Source: an uncultured Alphaproteobacteria bacterium | Lineage (GTDB): Bacteria; Pseudomonadota; Alphaproteobacteria; UBA3830 | Assembly (NCBI GenBank): GCA_905233185.1 | Contig: CAJODB010000004.1 | Span: 13,984 to 77,983 of the forward strand | Direction: 5' to 3' | Length of the DNA: 64,000 bases | Shown: piece by piece, positions 52,201 through 61,338 of the stretch | Layout of the letters: each line of letters starts with the position of its first letter | Numbering within the stretch: the stretch's first letter is position 1 | Program-made: the position numbers and the translations under genes | The notes under the pieces: model-generated | The model's database searches: none | Seen by the model: the letters and a program-made list of their open reading frames with translations, nothing else | What the model was told of the DNA's origin: nothing

Positions 52201-52650
52201 GCTCAATAAGTAATTTTTATTTGAAAAAATAAGGTTTCCGCTTTCAATGTCTATTTTATTTATAAAAGTTCTCAGAGCTTTCATAAAAGGAATGGGATTT
52301 TTAAAATTTATATCAGTTTTAGAACCTTCATTAGATTGGAAAATAAAATTATTTATATGAATCTCTACTTTTGAAAAAAATCCGTTCTTTTTTAATGAGA
52401 TCTTTGAAAAAGAAATACTGGAATTGTCTGATAATTTCACAGAGACATTATCAATGTTCGAAAAACTATTATTGAGTCCCTGAATTTTGCAATCTATTCC
52501 TCTCCATTTTAGATAAGTAGTCGCTCCGTTAAGTAAAATCTGTCGCCCGGAATCAAGAAGAAACATAGCAATAGGAATGCTTGCGACAGTAAAAATCACT
52601 CCGAATATTTTTAAAAAATTTTTTAATATTTTCACATGCTTTTTTTTCAA
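49297..52650 (-). CDS. tamB: translocation and assembly module subunit TamB (DUF490 family)
   Basis: 1117 aa; N-terminal anchor VIFTVASIPIAMFLL; Asn/Ile-rich beta-type sequence; C-terminal DUF490-like region; 4-nt overlap downstream of an Omp85 gene. Confidence 0.85.
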   Translation of the reverse strand: MKKKHVKILKNFLKIFGVIFTVASIPIAMFLLDSGRQILLNGATTYLKWRGIDCKIQGLNNSFSNIDNVSVKLSDNSSISFSKISLKKNGFFSKVEIHINNFIFQSNEGSKTDINFKNPIPFMKALRTFINKIDIESGNLIFSNKNYLLSDVKYRSKQSEDTFSFLINKESVFNCRIQWSTLNCKKVSLYFEKFSDFNGILEIENPESSFSNYKLNLTKANLVGINSFGNIQHNKIVNIEAFNIEHNKKIYLINGDIHFLNDHILLNIHTDSNNLIAELPNEIKKNFSDTIANLTAKYFFDKNLKSEFILGFEKNGIDIGKIYGIFKNDQVNINGNLDWINIYGYQLKKLDCEIQDFKKAVTTIHGNNFVITSTAKIGKTFLIENFIFDAPKNGSIKLVKPFDFNATNTDIDFSFNFDQLDFWNKIIPIFGDINGDISYKNGIIKVKANGNKLIFRDTELTSYHAIVDGKNVSFTSKNAQYFISKWQNLSFKITDGNLKLSGKSNNNSSIIADGKISDSFKKISLTRLSLISDEMSCVSKTCNLDFERNYYNVIFNLLNKKTNKSGLLELKKNEEVTQLKLSSFRPNILGKIFGIWIPRCSLDGSVKFNHSKKQVSGGGQITISELLSGRSTVELNGKLIDSSLQLIGTIKSAKNTLRCNAFVPIFLEKNGDITNNTHSMPLNCHIFGTTRLEHVFELPDKTDARGLFSCDLRISGNLENPQINGTASLKNGYFVIGDVILRQGDILFNCYGNNINVSHAEFIDNQKRKLIATGNGKFFFDGFIPNIKTNLALNCDNFTLFDSEDLNIRIKGNGRISGPINDLLISGAVDVTKCVVRNMGTGDSNKNDGIIIDNEINVSKKQSKDKKVEKDFCRYDIAMHCPKVLVVGDIYEIIFGGDLRLASYNHRTTLIGSLLLQKGTINLFGKRMVMRKGKAEFFEQYPFDPDLILLCKNNFGDMVVYLKIKNIPETGVTFDLYSVPSHSQETILSHMLFGKDLKYLSVSEAAQFAQAMSSFNQSGGYIFSILNTFKSSGVVDTISFSDTSSRTSSLNTNTQTSETQSNMNISAGKYIGDNLFISVNKKSDETTSFDIDYSLTPKISVKANTNGEAGISWKYKY

Positions 52651-54578
52651 AATGCTTGTCCCAAACTAAGAATAAACTGCATCTTTGAATCTATACCTTT
52701 TCGCCGTCTTATAGGAAAAGCAAAATCTGCTCTTATAGGTCCAACACTTGTAAAATACCGAATTCCGAATCCAACAGAATGGAACCATCTTTTCTTTTCA
52801 ATCTGCATATCGCTATATCTTGAACGATTTTGAAAAACTTTCGCTCCATCGAAAAAAATTACTCCACCGAAATCTTTGGAAAACTTTCTTCGTAACTCCG
52901 TATTAAATTCTAATGCAGATTTTCCTCCCATTACAGTATCACGACCGATAACCGCATCTGTTGCCATTTGATTCGCATAACCACGAACAGACGCCATACC
53001 TCCCGCATATACTCGTTTATCGAGAGGAATGTCGTCTATCTCTTTTCCAAAAATCATTTTGTCTTCTATATTGAATGCAAAGATTGTTTTTTTCAAATCA
53101 TCTAATGGAAAGTTATACGAAAATCCCGCGTTTATTGTATGCAAATTATTTATCTTTGCGTGTCTAAATTTTATATATGAGTAAGAAGCAAAAGCTCTAT
53201 ATCCTTGAGTCGGATTAAGCATGTCATCGGTTCTGTCTAAGATAAATTCAATTGGAACGATTATATCTTCATATCTTTTTCGTTCATCTTCTTCTCCTGT
53301 AAATTCTTCGCAAGAATCTACATAGTTTTTTTCTAAAACGCATCCGCTGCGAACTGCTGAAAAAACCCATATTGGATAACTGAATAGTACTGAAATTTTA
53401 TCATTTTTTTTGAAAAATACATTTGTAAGTTCTTGGCGTCTAGAAACAATATATTCTGCTGTATTATTTTTTATGAAAACATCAGGTTGAATTAAAGTAG
53501 CTTCAAAAGCATAGTCGGTTCGGCGTTCTTTTACTTTTACAGGGGTACCTTCTATAGTAAATTTCAATTTTTCTCCGCCACCAAAAGCATTGCAATTTGT
53601 CCAAGAAATCCTTCCGATTATTGATTTCAATCTTTTATTTGTATTCGATTTCTTTTCAAAATTCATGCTTCGCATTCCGGAGTAAAGTAAGCTTAAATCA
53701 ACAGTATGTTTTTTATCTTCTTTTACAGAAATCAGAATAGGAACTTCCGTATCAGTAATGTTCTTTTTATCCGGCTCAACTTTTACTCTTGAAAAGATTT
53801 GAGTCGCGTACAAATCTTCTGAGGTTTGTTCTAATTTCTCTATGTTAAATAATTCTCCTTCCTGCCATGCGATGCGATTTTCTATGAATTCAGGATTTAT
53901 ATCGGTAAAAGCGCTTATAGTAGCTTTTGAAAAGTTAACTTTTTTCCCGGGATCAATTGTAAGATTTAAAACAGCTTCTTTTGAAACATAATTTAGCCAA
54001 ACTCTTTTTTCTTTAACCTCGGGATTATAATATCCATTTCTTTGTAAGTCTCGAACAGCCTCTGTTATAAGTTGTTTCATATCGGAAATAGATGCTGTGA
54101 GATTCGCAACCTTATCTTCTAATTTTTCGCTGTATTCTTTCCTGAATGTTTCATCTTTATTTGTGTAATTAATATTCAGTTTCAGTTTAAATATTTGCCC
54201 GAAATCAACAAAAATTGTTATGAGAAGTTTATTATTATCCGAAACATGGGTTTTATATTTTACTGCGGCATCATAAAAACCAAGATTATGTGCTTTTTTA
54301 TGAATTTCGGATATGTCAGCGTTGAGCCTATCAGATAGCGCATGTAAGTTGCTAACCCGTTTATTCTGTTCCGAAAAAGTACGCAAGGATAAAATATCTT
54401 CTTCTATTTCCGATCCAGTAAACAAATCTCCGATTCTTCCTAAAAGGCTGCGTTCCATATCTATTACAAGGTCGGCTTGATAATAAAAATCATGGAAATC
54501 TTCATCAATCGCATAAATAGCGGAAAAAAAGAATAAATAAAGCAGAAATGTAATTTTCAAGAAAAATTTCAACGCCAT
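52647..54578 (-). CDS. tamA: translocation and assembly module outer-membrane subunit TamA (Omp85 family)
   Basis: Signal MALKFFLKITFLLYLFFFSAIYA; POTRA-like N-terminal part; C-terminal barrel ending LSLGQAF; coupled to tamB. Confidence 0.85.
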   Translation of the reverse strand: MALKFFLKITFLLYLFFFSAIYAIDEDFHDFYYQADLVIDMERSLLGRIGDLFTGSEIEEDILSLRTFSEQNKRVSNLHALSDRLNADISEIHKKAHNLGFYDAAVKYKTHVSDNNKLLITIFVDFGQIFKLKLNINYTNKDETFRKEYSEKLEDKVANLTASISDMKQLITEAVRDLQRNGYYNPEVKEKRVWLNYVSKEAVLNLTIDPGKKVNFSKATISAFTDINPEFIENRIAWQEGELFNIEKLEQTSEDLYATQIFSRVKVEPDKKNITDTEVPILISVKEDKKHTVDLSLLYSGMRSMNFEKKSNTNKRLKSIIGRISWTNCNAFGGGEKLKFTIEGTPVKVKERRTDYAFEATLIQPDVFIKNNTAEYIVSRRQELTNVFFKKNDKISVLFSYPIWVFSAVRSGCVLEKNYVDSCEEFTGEEDERKRYEDIIVPIEFILDRTDDMLNPTQGYRAFASYSYIKFRHAKINNLHTINAGFSYNFPLDDLKKTIFAFNIEDKMIFGKEIDDIPLDKRVYAGGMASVRGYANQMATDAVIGRDTVMGGKSALEFNTELRRKFSKDFGGVIFFDGAKVFQNRSRYSDMQIEKKRWFHSVGFGIRYFTSVGPIRADFAFPIRRRKGIDSKMQFILSLGQAF

Positions 54579-55747
54579 TTCCTTTCTACTTCATCTAATT
54601 TTCCTTCAAATATTCCGTCACGAATTTCTTCCATCAATTTATTCATGAATCTTATATTATGAACAGCAATCGCTTGCAACGCGAGTAGCTCCTTTGCTTT
54701 TAAAAGGTAGTGTAAATAAGCTCTTGAAAAAGTTTTGCATGTCGAACAATCACAATCTATTTCTATCGGATTGTCATCTTCGTTGTATTCTGATCGTTTT
54801 AGATTTATATGTTCTCTAGAATTACTGTCACGATACATCGCCTTAACCAAAGCTCCTCCGTGACGTGCTATTCTTGTCGGATGTACGCAATCAAATGTAT
54901 CAATTCCTAATCGGACTCCTCTGAAAATATCGGAAATACCCCCAATTCCTAAAAGGTGAATAGGGCGGCTTATATCGAGACCGTTCATGGCCATTTCCAC
55001 AACTTCATACATTTGCTCTTTTGTTGATCCTAAGGTTCCGCCGATTGCTGTCGCGAAAAAGGGATGACTACTTACAAATTCAGCACTGCGTTTTCGTAAG
55101 TCTGAATAAATTCCTCCTTGAACAATCCCATATAATGCTTGAGAAAAATCATTTCTTCTTAAAAATTCATCTAAAGAACGTTTTTCCCAACGATGGGAAC
55201 GCTCCATAGATTTTTCAGTATATTTTTTATCACTATGATATGGCGTACATTCATCGAATGAGACAATAAGATCCGCGCCAAGATCACATTGTACTTTTAT
55301 TGATTTCTCCGGAGTTAGTAATTGCTCGCTTCCATCCCAATAAGATTTAAAAATTGCTCCTTCTTCGTTTATCTTTGATAGCGTAGATATTCCCGAACGT
55401 CTTCCTTTTATTTCATCTGCAACAGAACCATGTCCAAGACTAAATATTTGAAAGCCTCCGGAATCTGTAAACATAGGACCATTCCATCCTAGAAATTTAT
55501 GGAGTCCTCCGCGATTTTTTATATATTCTGAACCGGGATATGAAAATAAATGATATGTATTTGATAAAATAATTTGAGTATTGTTTTCAATAAGTTGCTG
55601 AGGGGCAACTCCTTTTACGCTAGCCTTTGTCCCGCAAAAAATGAAAGCCGGCGTTTTGATCTTTCCATGAGGAGTGGTTATCTCACCGATGCGATATTTT
55701 CCTTCTGGCTGATAAACTATTCTAAATCCGAAATTCCTATACATCAC
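54569..55747 (-). CDS. tgt: tRNA-guanine transglycosylase
   Basis: FTDSGGFQIFSL, SFDECTPY, GIDTFDCVHPTR, zinc site CDCSTC...H. The substrate-pocket segment AIGGTLGST is atypical. Confidence 0.93.
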   Translation of the reverse strand: MMYRNFGFRIVYQPEGKYRIGEITTPHGKIKTPAFIFCGTKASVKGVAPQQLIENNTQIILSNTYHLFSYPGSEYIKNRGGLHKFLGWNGPMFTDSGGFQIFSLGHGSVADEIKGRRSGISTLSKINEEGAIFKSYWDGSEQLLTPEKSIKVQCDLGADLIVSFDECTPYHSDKKYTEKSMERSHRWEKRSLDEFLRRNDFSQALYGIVQGGIYSDLRKRSAEFVSSHPFFATAIGGTLGSTKEQMYEVVEMAMNGLDISRPIHLLGIGGISDIFRGVRLGIDTFDCVHPTRIARHGGALVKAMYRDSNSREHINLKRSEYNEDDNPIEIDCDCSTCKTFSRAYLHYLLKAKELLALQAIAVHNIRFMNKLMEEIRDGIFEGKLDEVERKWR

Positions 55748-56471
55748 TTTCCTTAGAAATAAACTTTCCCGCTAATTTTACAAGAGGAACACACAAAGCA
55801 GCAATGGCTAATCTTATCATGTATGTGATAAAAATATATGTTTTCCATAGAAGAGTTAAAGAAATCGGATTTTTTGCAAATATAATCCATGCAAAAAAAG
55901 AAAATACAAAATTATCTACGAAAGCTGAAATCGCCATGGAAATCATAGAACGCAATGCTATAAATTTTCCACGAGAAATTTTTTTTAACAATGAATAAAC
56001 AAAAATATCAGTACGTTGGCCTATAAAATACGCAATTAAGCTTGAAATAAAAAGATAGAATACCGGAGAGAAGATTTTTTCTAATTCTGAATGCAAGTTT
56101 ACGCACTCTGAATTGATAACAGCAGGATGCCAAACGGCTATTTGCATTACGATAACAAAGAACATATATCCGAAAAAGCTAATATACAGACCTTTTTTCG
56201 CTGCTTTTTCGCCATAGTATTCTGTTAATATATTGTCTACTGCAAATGTTGTCGAAAACAATACTGTTCCTAAGGCGATAGGGTTTGAAATTAATGAATA
56301 TTGCGTAAGTTTTAAAACTTGAATATTTGAAGTTATGGTTACAATCGCTGAATATGCATATAAACCATACCTTCCGAAAAATTTTGTGGCAAATAATATA
56401 GTTGTGATACAAACTAGCAGTGTAAGAAAGCTTAATAGCTCCGGAATAAAATAAAAAATTTCGTCTGTCAT
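55737..56471 (-). CDS. yhhQ: queuosine-precursor transporter, YhhQ/VUT family
   Basis: 244 aa polytopic membrane protein with the VUT-family pattern (AVDNILTEYYG); 11-nt overlap with tgt. Confidence 0.8.
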   Translation of the reverse strand: MTDEIFYFIPELLSFLTLLVCITTILFATKFFGRYGLYAYSAIVTITSNIQVLKLTQYSLISNPIALGTVLFSTTFAVDNILTEYYGEKAAKKGLYISFFGYMFFVIVMQIAVWHPAVINSECVNLHSELEKIFSPVFYLFISSLIAYFIGQRTDIFVYSLLKKISRGKFIALRSMISMAISAFVDNFVFSFFAWIIFAKNPISLTLLWKTYIFITYMIRLAIAALCVPLVKLAGKFISKESDV

Positions 56472-56604
56472 CTTATTATTTTGTTTTTTCTTATATTTTT
56501 CGCAGTTTATTTACTAGCTTCAATCAATGGATTTAGTATATATTATAAAAAGTTGAGTTATATAAGAAAATTCTTAAAACTATTTTGTATTTTTAGAGGA
56601 AGAT

Positions 56605-56886
56605 ATGACGAAGTCCGATTTAATTATGAAAATTTCAGAAATTTATCCATATATGAGTATTCGAAATGTAGATAGAGTAGTCTCAATAGTTATAAATAGT
56701 ATCGTTGATGCGCTTAGAGAGGATCGTCGTATTGAATTGCGCGGATTCGGATCATTTTGGGTTAAAACAAGAGAAGCTGCGCAAAGAAGGAATCCTCGTA
56801 CGGGTGAGAAAGTTTTTGTTAAAGCAAGGCGTGTTCCTTTCTTTAAGGCGGGAAAGCAATTAAAAGAAGTTATCAACGGAAAATAA
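56605..56886 (+). CDS. ihfB: integration host factor beta subunit
   Basis: MTKSDLIMKISE...IELRGFGSF...RNPRTGEKV...FKAGK. Confidence 0.9.
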   Translation: MTKSDLIMKISEIYPYMSIRNVDRVVSIVINSIVDALREDRRIELRGFGSFWVKTREAAQRRNPRTGEKVFVKARRVPFFKAGKQLKEVINGK

Positions 56887-56927
56887 TTTGTGATTATTGG
56901 ATTTTTGAGGGCAAACCAGATAAATAA

Positions 56928-57401
56928 ATGAACGATGGCAATTACAGAAAATGCGTTGGTATGTTTGTTTTACAAAAACAGTCTGGGTTAGTTTTTGCTG
57001 CAGAACGTATAAATGAACCAAACGCCTGGCAGATTCCTCAAGGAGGAGTGGAAGACGGCGAAGATGATTATGATGCGGCTCTGCGTGAACTGAAAGAAGA
57101 AACAGGAATCTATTCTGTAAAATATATAGCAAATACAAAAGATCGATATAATTACAATTTTCCGAATTATATTTTGGAGAAGAGAAAAAAAAGAGGTTGG
57201 ACTGATTATAAAGGCCAAAGCATAAAATTTTTTCTGTTTGAATTCATTGGTGATGAAACTGAAATTAATCTGCAATTACACTCAGAAGAAATCGAGTTTT
57301 CCCATTGGAAATGGATGAAAACAGAGAAAGTTGTTGATCAAATGATCGATTTTAAAAAAGAAGCAATATATGCAGGAGCAAAAGAATTGGAGTTAATCTA
57401 G
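56928..57401 (+). CDS. rppH: RNA pyrophosphohydrolase (Nudix)
   Basis: WQIPQGGVEDGEDDYDAALRELKEETG Nudix box; YRKCVGMFVL N-terminus typical of RppH. Confidence 0.88.
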   Translation: MNDGNYRKCVGMFVLQKQSGLVFAAERINEPNAWQIPQGGVEDGEDDYDAALRELKEETGIYSVKYIANTKDRYNYNFPNYILEKRKKRGWTDYKGQSIKFFLFEFIGDETEINLQLHSEEIEFSHWKWMKTEKVVDQMIDFKKEAIYAGAKELELI

Positions 57402-57421
57402 TTTTTTTAAATTGTAATTTT

Positions 57422-58726
57422 CTAAATTAGTTTCATCTGGAACACCTCATGCCGTACTTTTACGTCACCATCAGAAAATACCAAACTAAATGACGAATGT
57501 TTTCTTGCTTCTTCTGCAGTTGTAATTGGAGTGTCATTTGGTGCTTTTACAAAAGCGAATCCTTTTCTTAGTATTTTTACATAAGAGTTACTTTCTAAAC
57601 GGCTGGATATTGCATTGAAATTATTTTTTGTTGAATCAAACTTTGTAAGAAATAAAAGATTTAATTGGCTGAAAATATTTTTTACGTCATCTTTTATGAT
57701 AGGTTTTGGAATGAAAAGTTTTACAAAACGTATTCTGTTTTCAGAAACTATCTTTTCTAAGAGTGCTCCGATTTTTTCAAAAGTATAGTCTGCGGTTTGT
57801 GTTTTTTCTGAAATTATTCCTCGAATATCTAATATTTTTGCGGAACTAAGAAAAAGTTTTTTTCTTTCCATATTATTCAGGACATTTATTTTTAAGTTTG
57901 AAAATGTCTTATCGACGTCCATTTGCAATTTTATTTTTTCAGGAACAGCAAATTCTGCAGCGGCTGTAGGCGTCGGAGCTCGTAAATCTGCCGCATAATC
58001 GATAAGCGTTGTATCAGTTTCATGGCCAACGGCGGATATAATTGGAATTTCACTTCTCGCTACTGCTTTTACGATATCCTCTTCATTAAATGGCATTAAA
58101 TCTTCGAAACTTCCACCGCCTCTCGCAACGATAAGAACGTCCGGTCGCTGATCAATAGGAAGGTTATTCATTCCATCGATTGCTTCAACGATTTGTCGGC
58201 AAGCATCAAGTCCCTGAACTAAGGCGGGCCATAATAAAATCGGTCTTGGAAAGCGTTGACTTATCCTGTGTCGTATGTCTTGTATAACAGCGCCTGTGGG
58301 AGAAGTAATAACGCCGATTATACGAGGTAGAATTGGAATAGGCTTCTTTTTTGCAAGATCAAAATACCCTTCTGCTGCCAGCTTTTTCTTTCGTTCTTCA
58401 AGAATTTTTAAAAGTTCACCAACTCCTGCGAGTTCAAACTCTTTTATTACAAATTGGTATTTAGATTGTATCGGATAAGTTGACACAGAGCCTATGCATT
58501 TTATCTCCATACCGTCTTCAAGTCTGATTTTTTGTTTTATAACCGTCCATTTCCAGCAAACTGCGTTAATTATTGCTTCTGAATCTTTTAATGAAAAATA
58601 TAAATGCCCTGATGAATGAACTTTTAAGGCGCTTACTTCACCTTTTAAACAAATATCACTGAAATTTTGTTCTATAGATTGTTTTATTAGTGCAGAAAGT
58701 TGAGAAACGGAAAATTCCTCGACCAT
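57422..58726 (-). CDS. xseA: exodeoxyribonuclease VII large subunit
   Basis: ATG 58726 behind GGAG; FSVSQLSALIKQSIE...GEVS...HSSGHLYFSLKD OB-fold N-terminus; ARGGGS motif. Confidence 0.94.
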   Translation of the reverse strand: MVEEFSVSQLSALIKQSIEQNFSDICLKGEVSALKVHSSGHLYFSLKDSEAIINAVCWKWTVIKQKIRLEDGMEIKCIGSVSTYPIQSKYQFVIKEFELAGVGELLKILEERKKKLAAEGYFDLAKKKPIPILPRIIGVITSPTGAVIQDIRHRISQRFPRPILLWPALVQGLDACRQIVEAIDGMNNLPIDQRPDVLIVARGGGSFEDLMPFNEEDIVKAVARSEIPIISAVGHETDTTLIDYAADLRAPTPTAAAEFAVPEKIKLQMDVDKTFSNLKINVLNNMERKKLFLSSAKILDIRGIISEKTQTADYTFEKIGALLEKIVSENRIRFVKLFIPKPIIKDDVKNIFSQLNLLFLTKFDSTKNNFNAISSRLESNSYVKILRKGFAFVKAPNDTPITTAEEARKHSSFSLVFSDGDVKVRHEVFQMKLI

Positions 58727-58817
58727 TTTTATCTCCAATGTTACGAAGAAACAGCAAAATAATATCAAAAAAATCTATGTTATGGTAGAATCAACAACAT
58801 AGTTTGAGGAATTGTAT

Positions 58818-60149
58818 ATGTTCGATTCTTTTTCTAGTAAGATTTCCGATATTTTTGAAAAACTGCGAAGAAGCGGCATTCTAAAAGAAGAAGATGTTGA
58901 TGCAGCCTTACGAGAAATACGTATCGCTCTTCTTGAAGCTGATGTAGCTCTGGATGTAGCGAAAAAATTTATTGCGGATGTTAAGCAAAAAGCTATCGGT
59001 CAAAATGTTATAAAATCAATTTCTCCCGGACAGATGGTAACTAAGATTGTTCATGATCATCTTATTGATCTACTCGGAACAGCATCGGAAATAAATGTAA
59101 ATAAGAAACCATTTAAAATTATGTTAGTTGGTTTACAGGGAGCAGGAAAAACTACATCTGCGGCTAAACTTGCGAGATTTTTTACGAAAAAAAATAAAAA
59201 GGTTGTCCTTACATCAACTGATATTCAAAGACCTGCAGCAATTGAACAATTACAAGTATTATCCAAAAAGATCGATGGAACACTGTTTGCATTTCCAGAA
59301 GGTGAGCGAGATCATCGGAATATATCGAAATTCGCTCTGAAAAAATTATCAGAAGAGAGCGGTGACATTCTTATTGTAGATACTGCCGGGCGCTTGCATA
59401 TCGATGATGTAAAAATGAATGAGCTAATCGATATGCAGTCAATAATCGAACCTGATGAAATTCTTTTAGTTGCTGATATTATGACCGGGCAAGATGCGAT
59501 TAATATCGCAAAAAGGTTTTCTGAATCATTAAAAATAAGCGGAATAATTCTGACGCGAGTTGATGGAGATGCCAGAGGTGGAGTAGCTTTGTCGATGCGG
59601 GCATTAACGGGATGTCCGATAAAATTTCTTTGTGTCGGCGAAAGATTAGATGATATTGAATTTTTTGATCCAGAAAGGATTGCAGGGCGATTGCTCGGAA
59701 TGGGAGATATCGTTTCTCTTGTTGAAAAAGCTCAAGAGAATTTTTCAAAAGAGGAAGCTGAAGAATCTGCTCGGAAAATGCAAGCAGGAGTGTTTACTTT
59801 CGATGATCTTGCAAATCAGATTGAGAAAATGTCTAAATTAGGCGGTTTGAAATCGATAATAAAAATGCTTCCGCAAAGCGGACAACTGGAATCATTAATG
59901 GCATCACAAGGAATCTCTGATAAAACTGTTACAAGAAATCTTGCGATAATTCGTTCAATGACTAAAAAAGAGAAGAGAAATTATAAAATTCTGAACGGTT
60001 CCAGAAGAAAAAGGATAGCGGCGGGATCAGGAACAACGGTTCAAGAGGTGAATAAATTAATAAAGCAATACGAAGGAACTCTTGAAATGATGAAAAAGTT
60101 CAGGAAGATGGGTGGTTTTTCGAAAATAATGTCGGCTTTAGGAAGGTAG
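58818..60149 (+). CDS. ffh: signal recognition particle protein Ffh
   Basis: MFDSFSSKISDIFEKL at ATG 58818 behind GAGGA; GLQGAGKTT, DTAGR, TRVDGD motifs; Met-rich M domain. Confidence 0.97.
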   Translation: MFDSFSSKISDIFEKLRRSGILKEEDVDAALREIRIALLEADVALDVAKKFIADVKQKAIGQNVIKSISPGQMVTKIVHDHLIDLLGTASEINVNKKPFKIMLVGLQGAGKTTSAAKLARFFTKKNKKVVLTSTDIQRPAAIEQLQVLSKKIDGTLFAFPEGERDHRNISKFALKKLSEESGDILIVDTAGRLHIDDVKMNELIDMQSIIEPDEILLVADIMTGQDAINIAKRFSESLKISGIILTRVDGDARGGVALSMRALTGCPIKFLCVGERLDDIEFFDPERIAGRLLGMGDIVSLVEKAQENFSKEEAEESARKMQAGVFTFDDLANQIEKMSKLGGLKSIIKMLPQSGQLESLMASQGISDKTVTRNLAIIRSMTKKEKRNYKILNGSRRKRIAAGSGTTVQEVNKLIKQYEGTLEMMKKFRKMGGFSKIMSALGR

Positions 60150-60164
60150 AAGGTAAAGGAAAAG

Positions 60165-61313
60165 ATGAATAACGAAAAAAATCTGCTGGAAGATATAGAA
60201 AGACTCAGAGGCTTTGCTTGTTTAATTATATTAATCCATCACATAGCTTTTATTTGTCCGCTGCGATATGTATATAACATTGTTCCGCACCGACTTCTTC
60301 TTGGTGAAGGAGGCGTATTTATATTTTTTGCTATATCAGGTTTTGTTGTTACACTTTCTTTACGAGAAAAAATATCAAAATTATCAGGAAATATTTTCTT
60401 AGAAAGATTAAATTCTGCGAAATCTATGATTTTTGCATTTTACAAAAGGCGCTTTTTCAGAATCGCTCCTGTTATGTTGCTGTGTGTATTAATGACAGGT
60501 TTGTATCTTTGTATAAGTGAACCGAATTTTGATTGGTTCAGGTCGTGGTTACGTGCAACTCCGGAATTATTTTGCGGTGTCTTTCAATATTCTGAGGAAC
60601 TATATCAATTTACGGATAAATTACATGATCGAGGAATGGGGCCTTTGTGGACACTGGCTATTGAAGGGCAATTTTATATGTTGTGGCCAGTTATGCTTTT
60701 GATGTGTAAAGACAATAATGCAAGAGCAATAATGGCATTGTTGTTTGGGTGTCTGTTCCTATTTATTGTTCAACCTATTGTCGCAGGTTTTGTGGGTATA
60801 AAGTACTACGCAATATACGGTCATCTTCCTTGCTTATTTTTGGGTTCATTTTTTGCGTTTTTATACACTGATGATATCGGGAAAAATATCAGCAAGATAT
60901 CTGCAAAAGTTATAACAGCACTTTTAGCTCTAACTATTTGGTATTATCCAAATTCTATTGAACGAACATATTTTTGCAGAATGCCTTTGCATATTTCTGC
61001 TACTTTTCTTGTGGTGTTTTGTGCTTTTGTGAAAGATAGTTTTAACTTTCCAATTATCGGACGTTTTTTCAGATTTTTGGGAAGTCGTTCATATTCGTTT
61101 TATGTAATGCAAACAGTACTCGCAAATTATATCGTTTTTTTCACAAATTCTATTTATTTTCCTAAAGAATCCCTTTCGGAGTATGAATTTTATCTTTATC
61201 AGTTTATAATATTCATTGTAGTTTTATTTATTACAACGGAGTTGGTATATCGTTTTATAGAGAGACCATTTAGGCGTTTAGGCTATAACAGTAGTAATAA
61301 TGATAGTAAGTAA
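60165..61313 (+). CDS. acyltransferase family 3 (OafA/YrhL-like) integral membrane protein
   Basis: 382 aa, about 10 hydrophobic segments, N-terminal LRGFACLIILIHH motif characteristic of AT3 O-acyltransferases. Confidence 0.8.
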   Translation: MNNEKNLLEDIERLRGFACLIILIHHIAFICPLRYVYNIVPHRLLLGEGGVFIFFAISGFVVTLSLREKISKLSGNIFLERLNSAKSMIFAFYKRRFFRIAPVMLLCVLMTGLYLCISEPNFDWFRSWLRATPELFCGVFQYSEELYQFTDKLHDRGMGPLWTLAIEGQFYMLWPVMLLMCKDNNARAIMALLFGCLFLFIVQPIVAGFVGIKYYAIYGHLPCLFLGSFFAFLYTDDIGKNISKISAKVITALLALTIWYYPNSIERTYFCRMPLHISATFLVVFCAFVKDSFNFPIIGRFFRFLGSRSYSFYVMQTVLANYIVFFTNSIYFPKESLSEYEFYLYQFIIFIVVLFITTELVYRFIERPFRRLGYNSSNNDSK

Positions 61314-61338
61314 TAGTAGTTTTTGTAGGAGGTTCACC

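Noticed and set aside
56472-56604. Possible preQ1 riboswitch upstream of yhhQ
   Set aside because: YhhQ and QueT genes are often preceded by preQ1 riboswitches. The leader, read on the minus strand, lacks the conserved stem plus A-rich tail signature (no CCCTC/GGTTC-type helix followed by AAAAAACTA). Only generic A-rich sequence is present.
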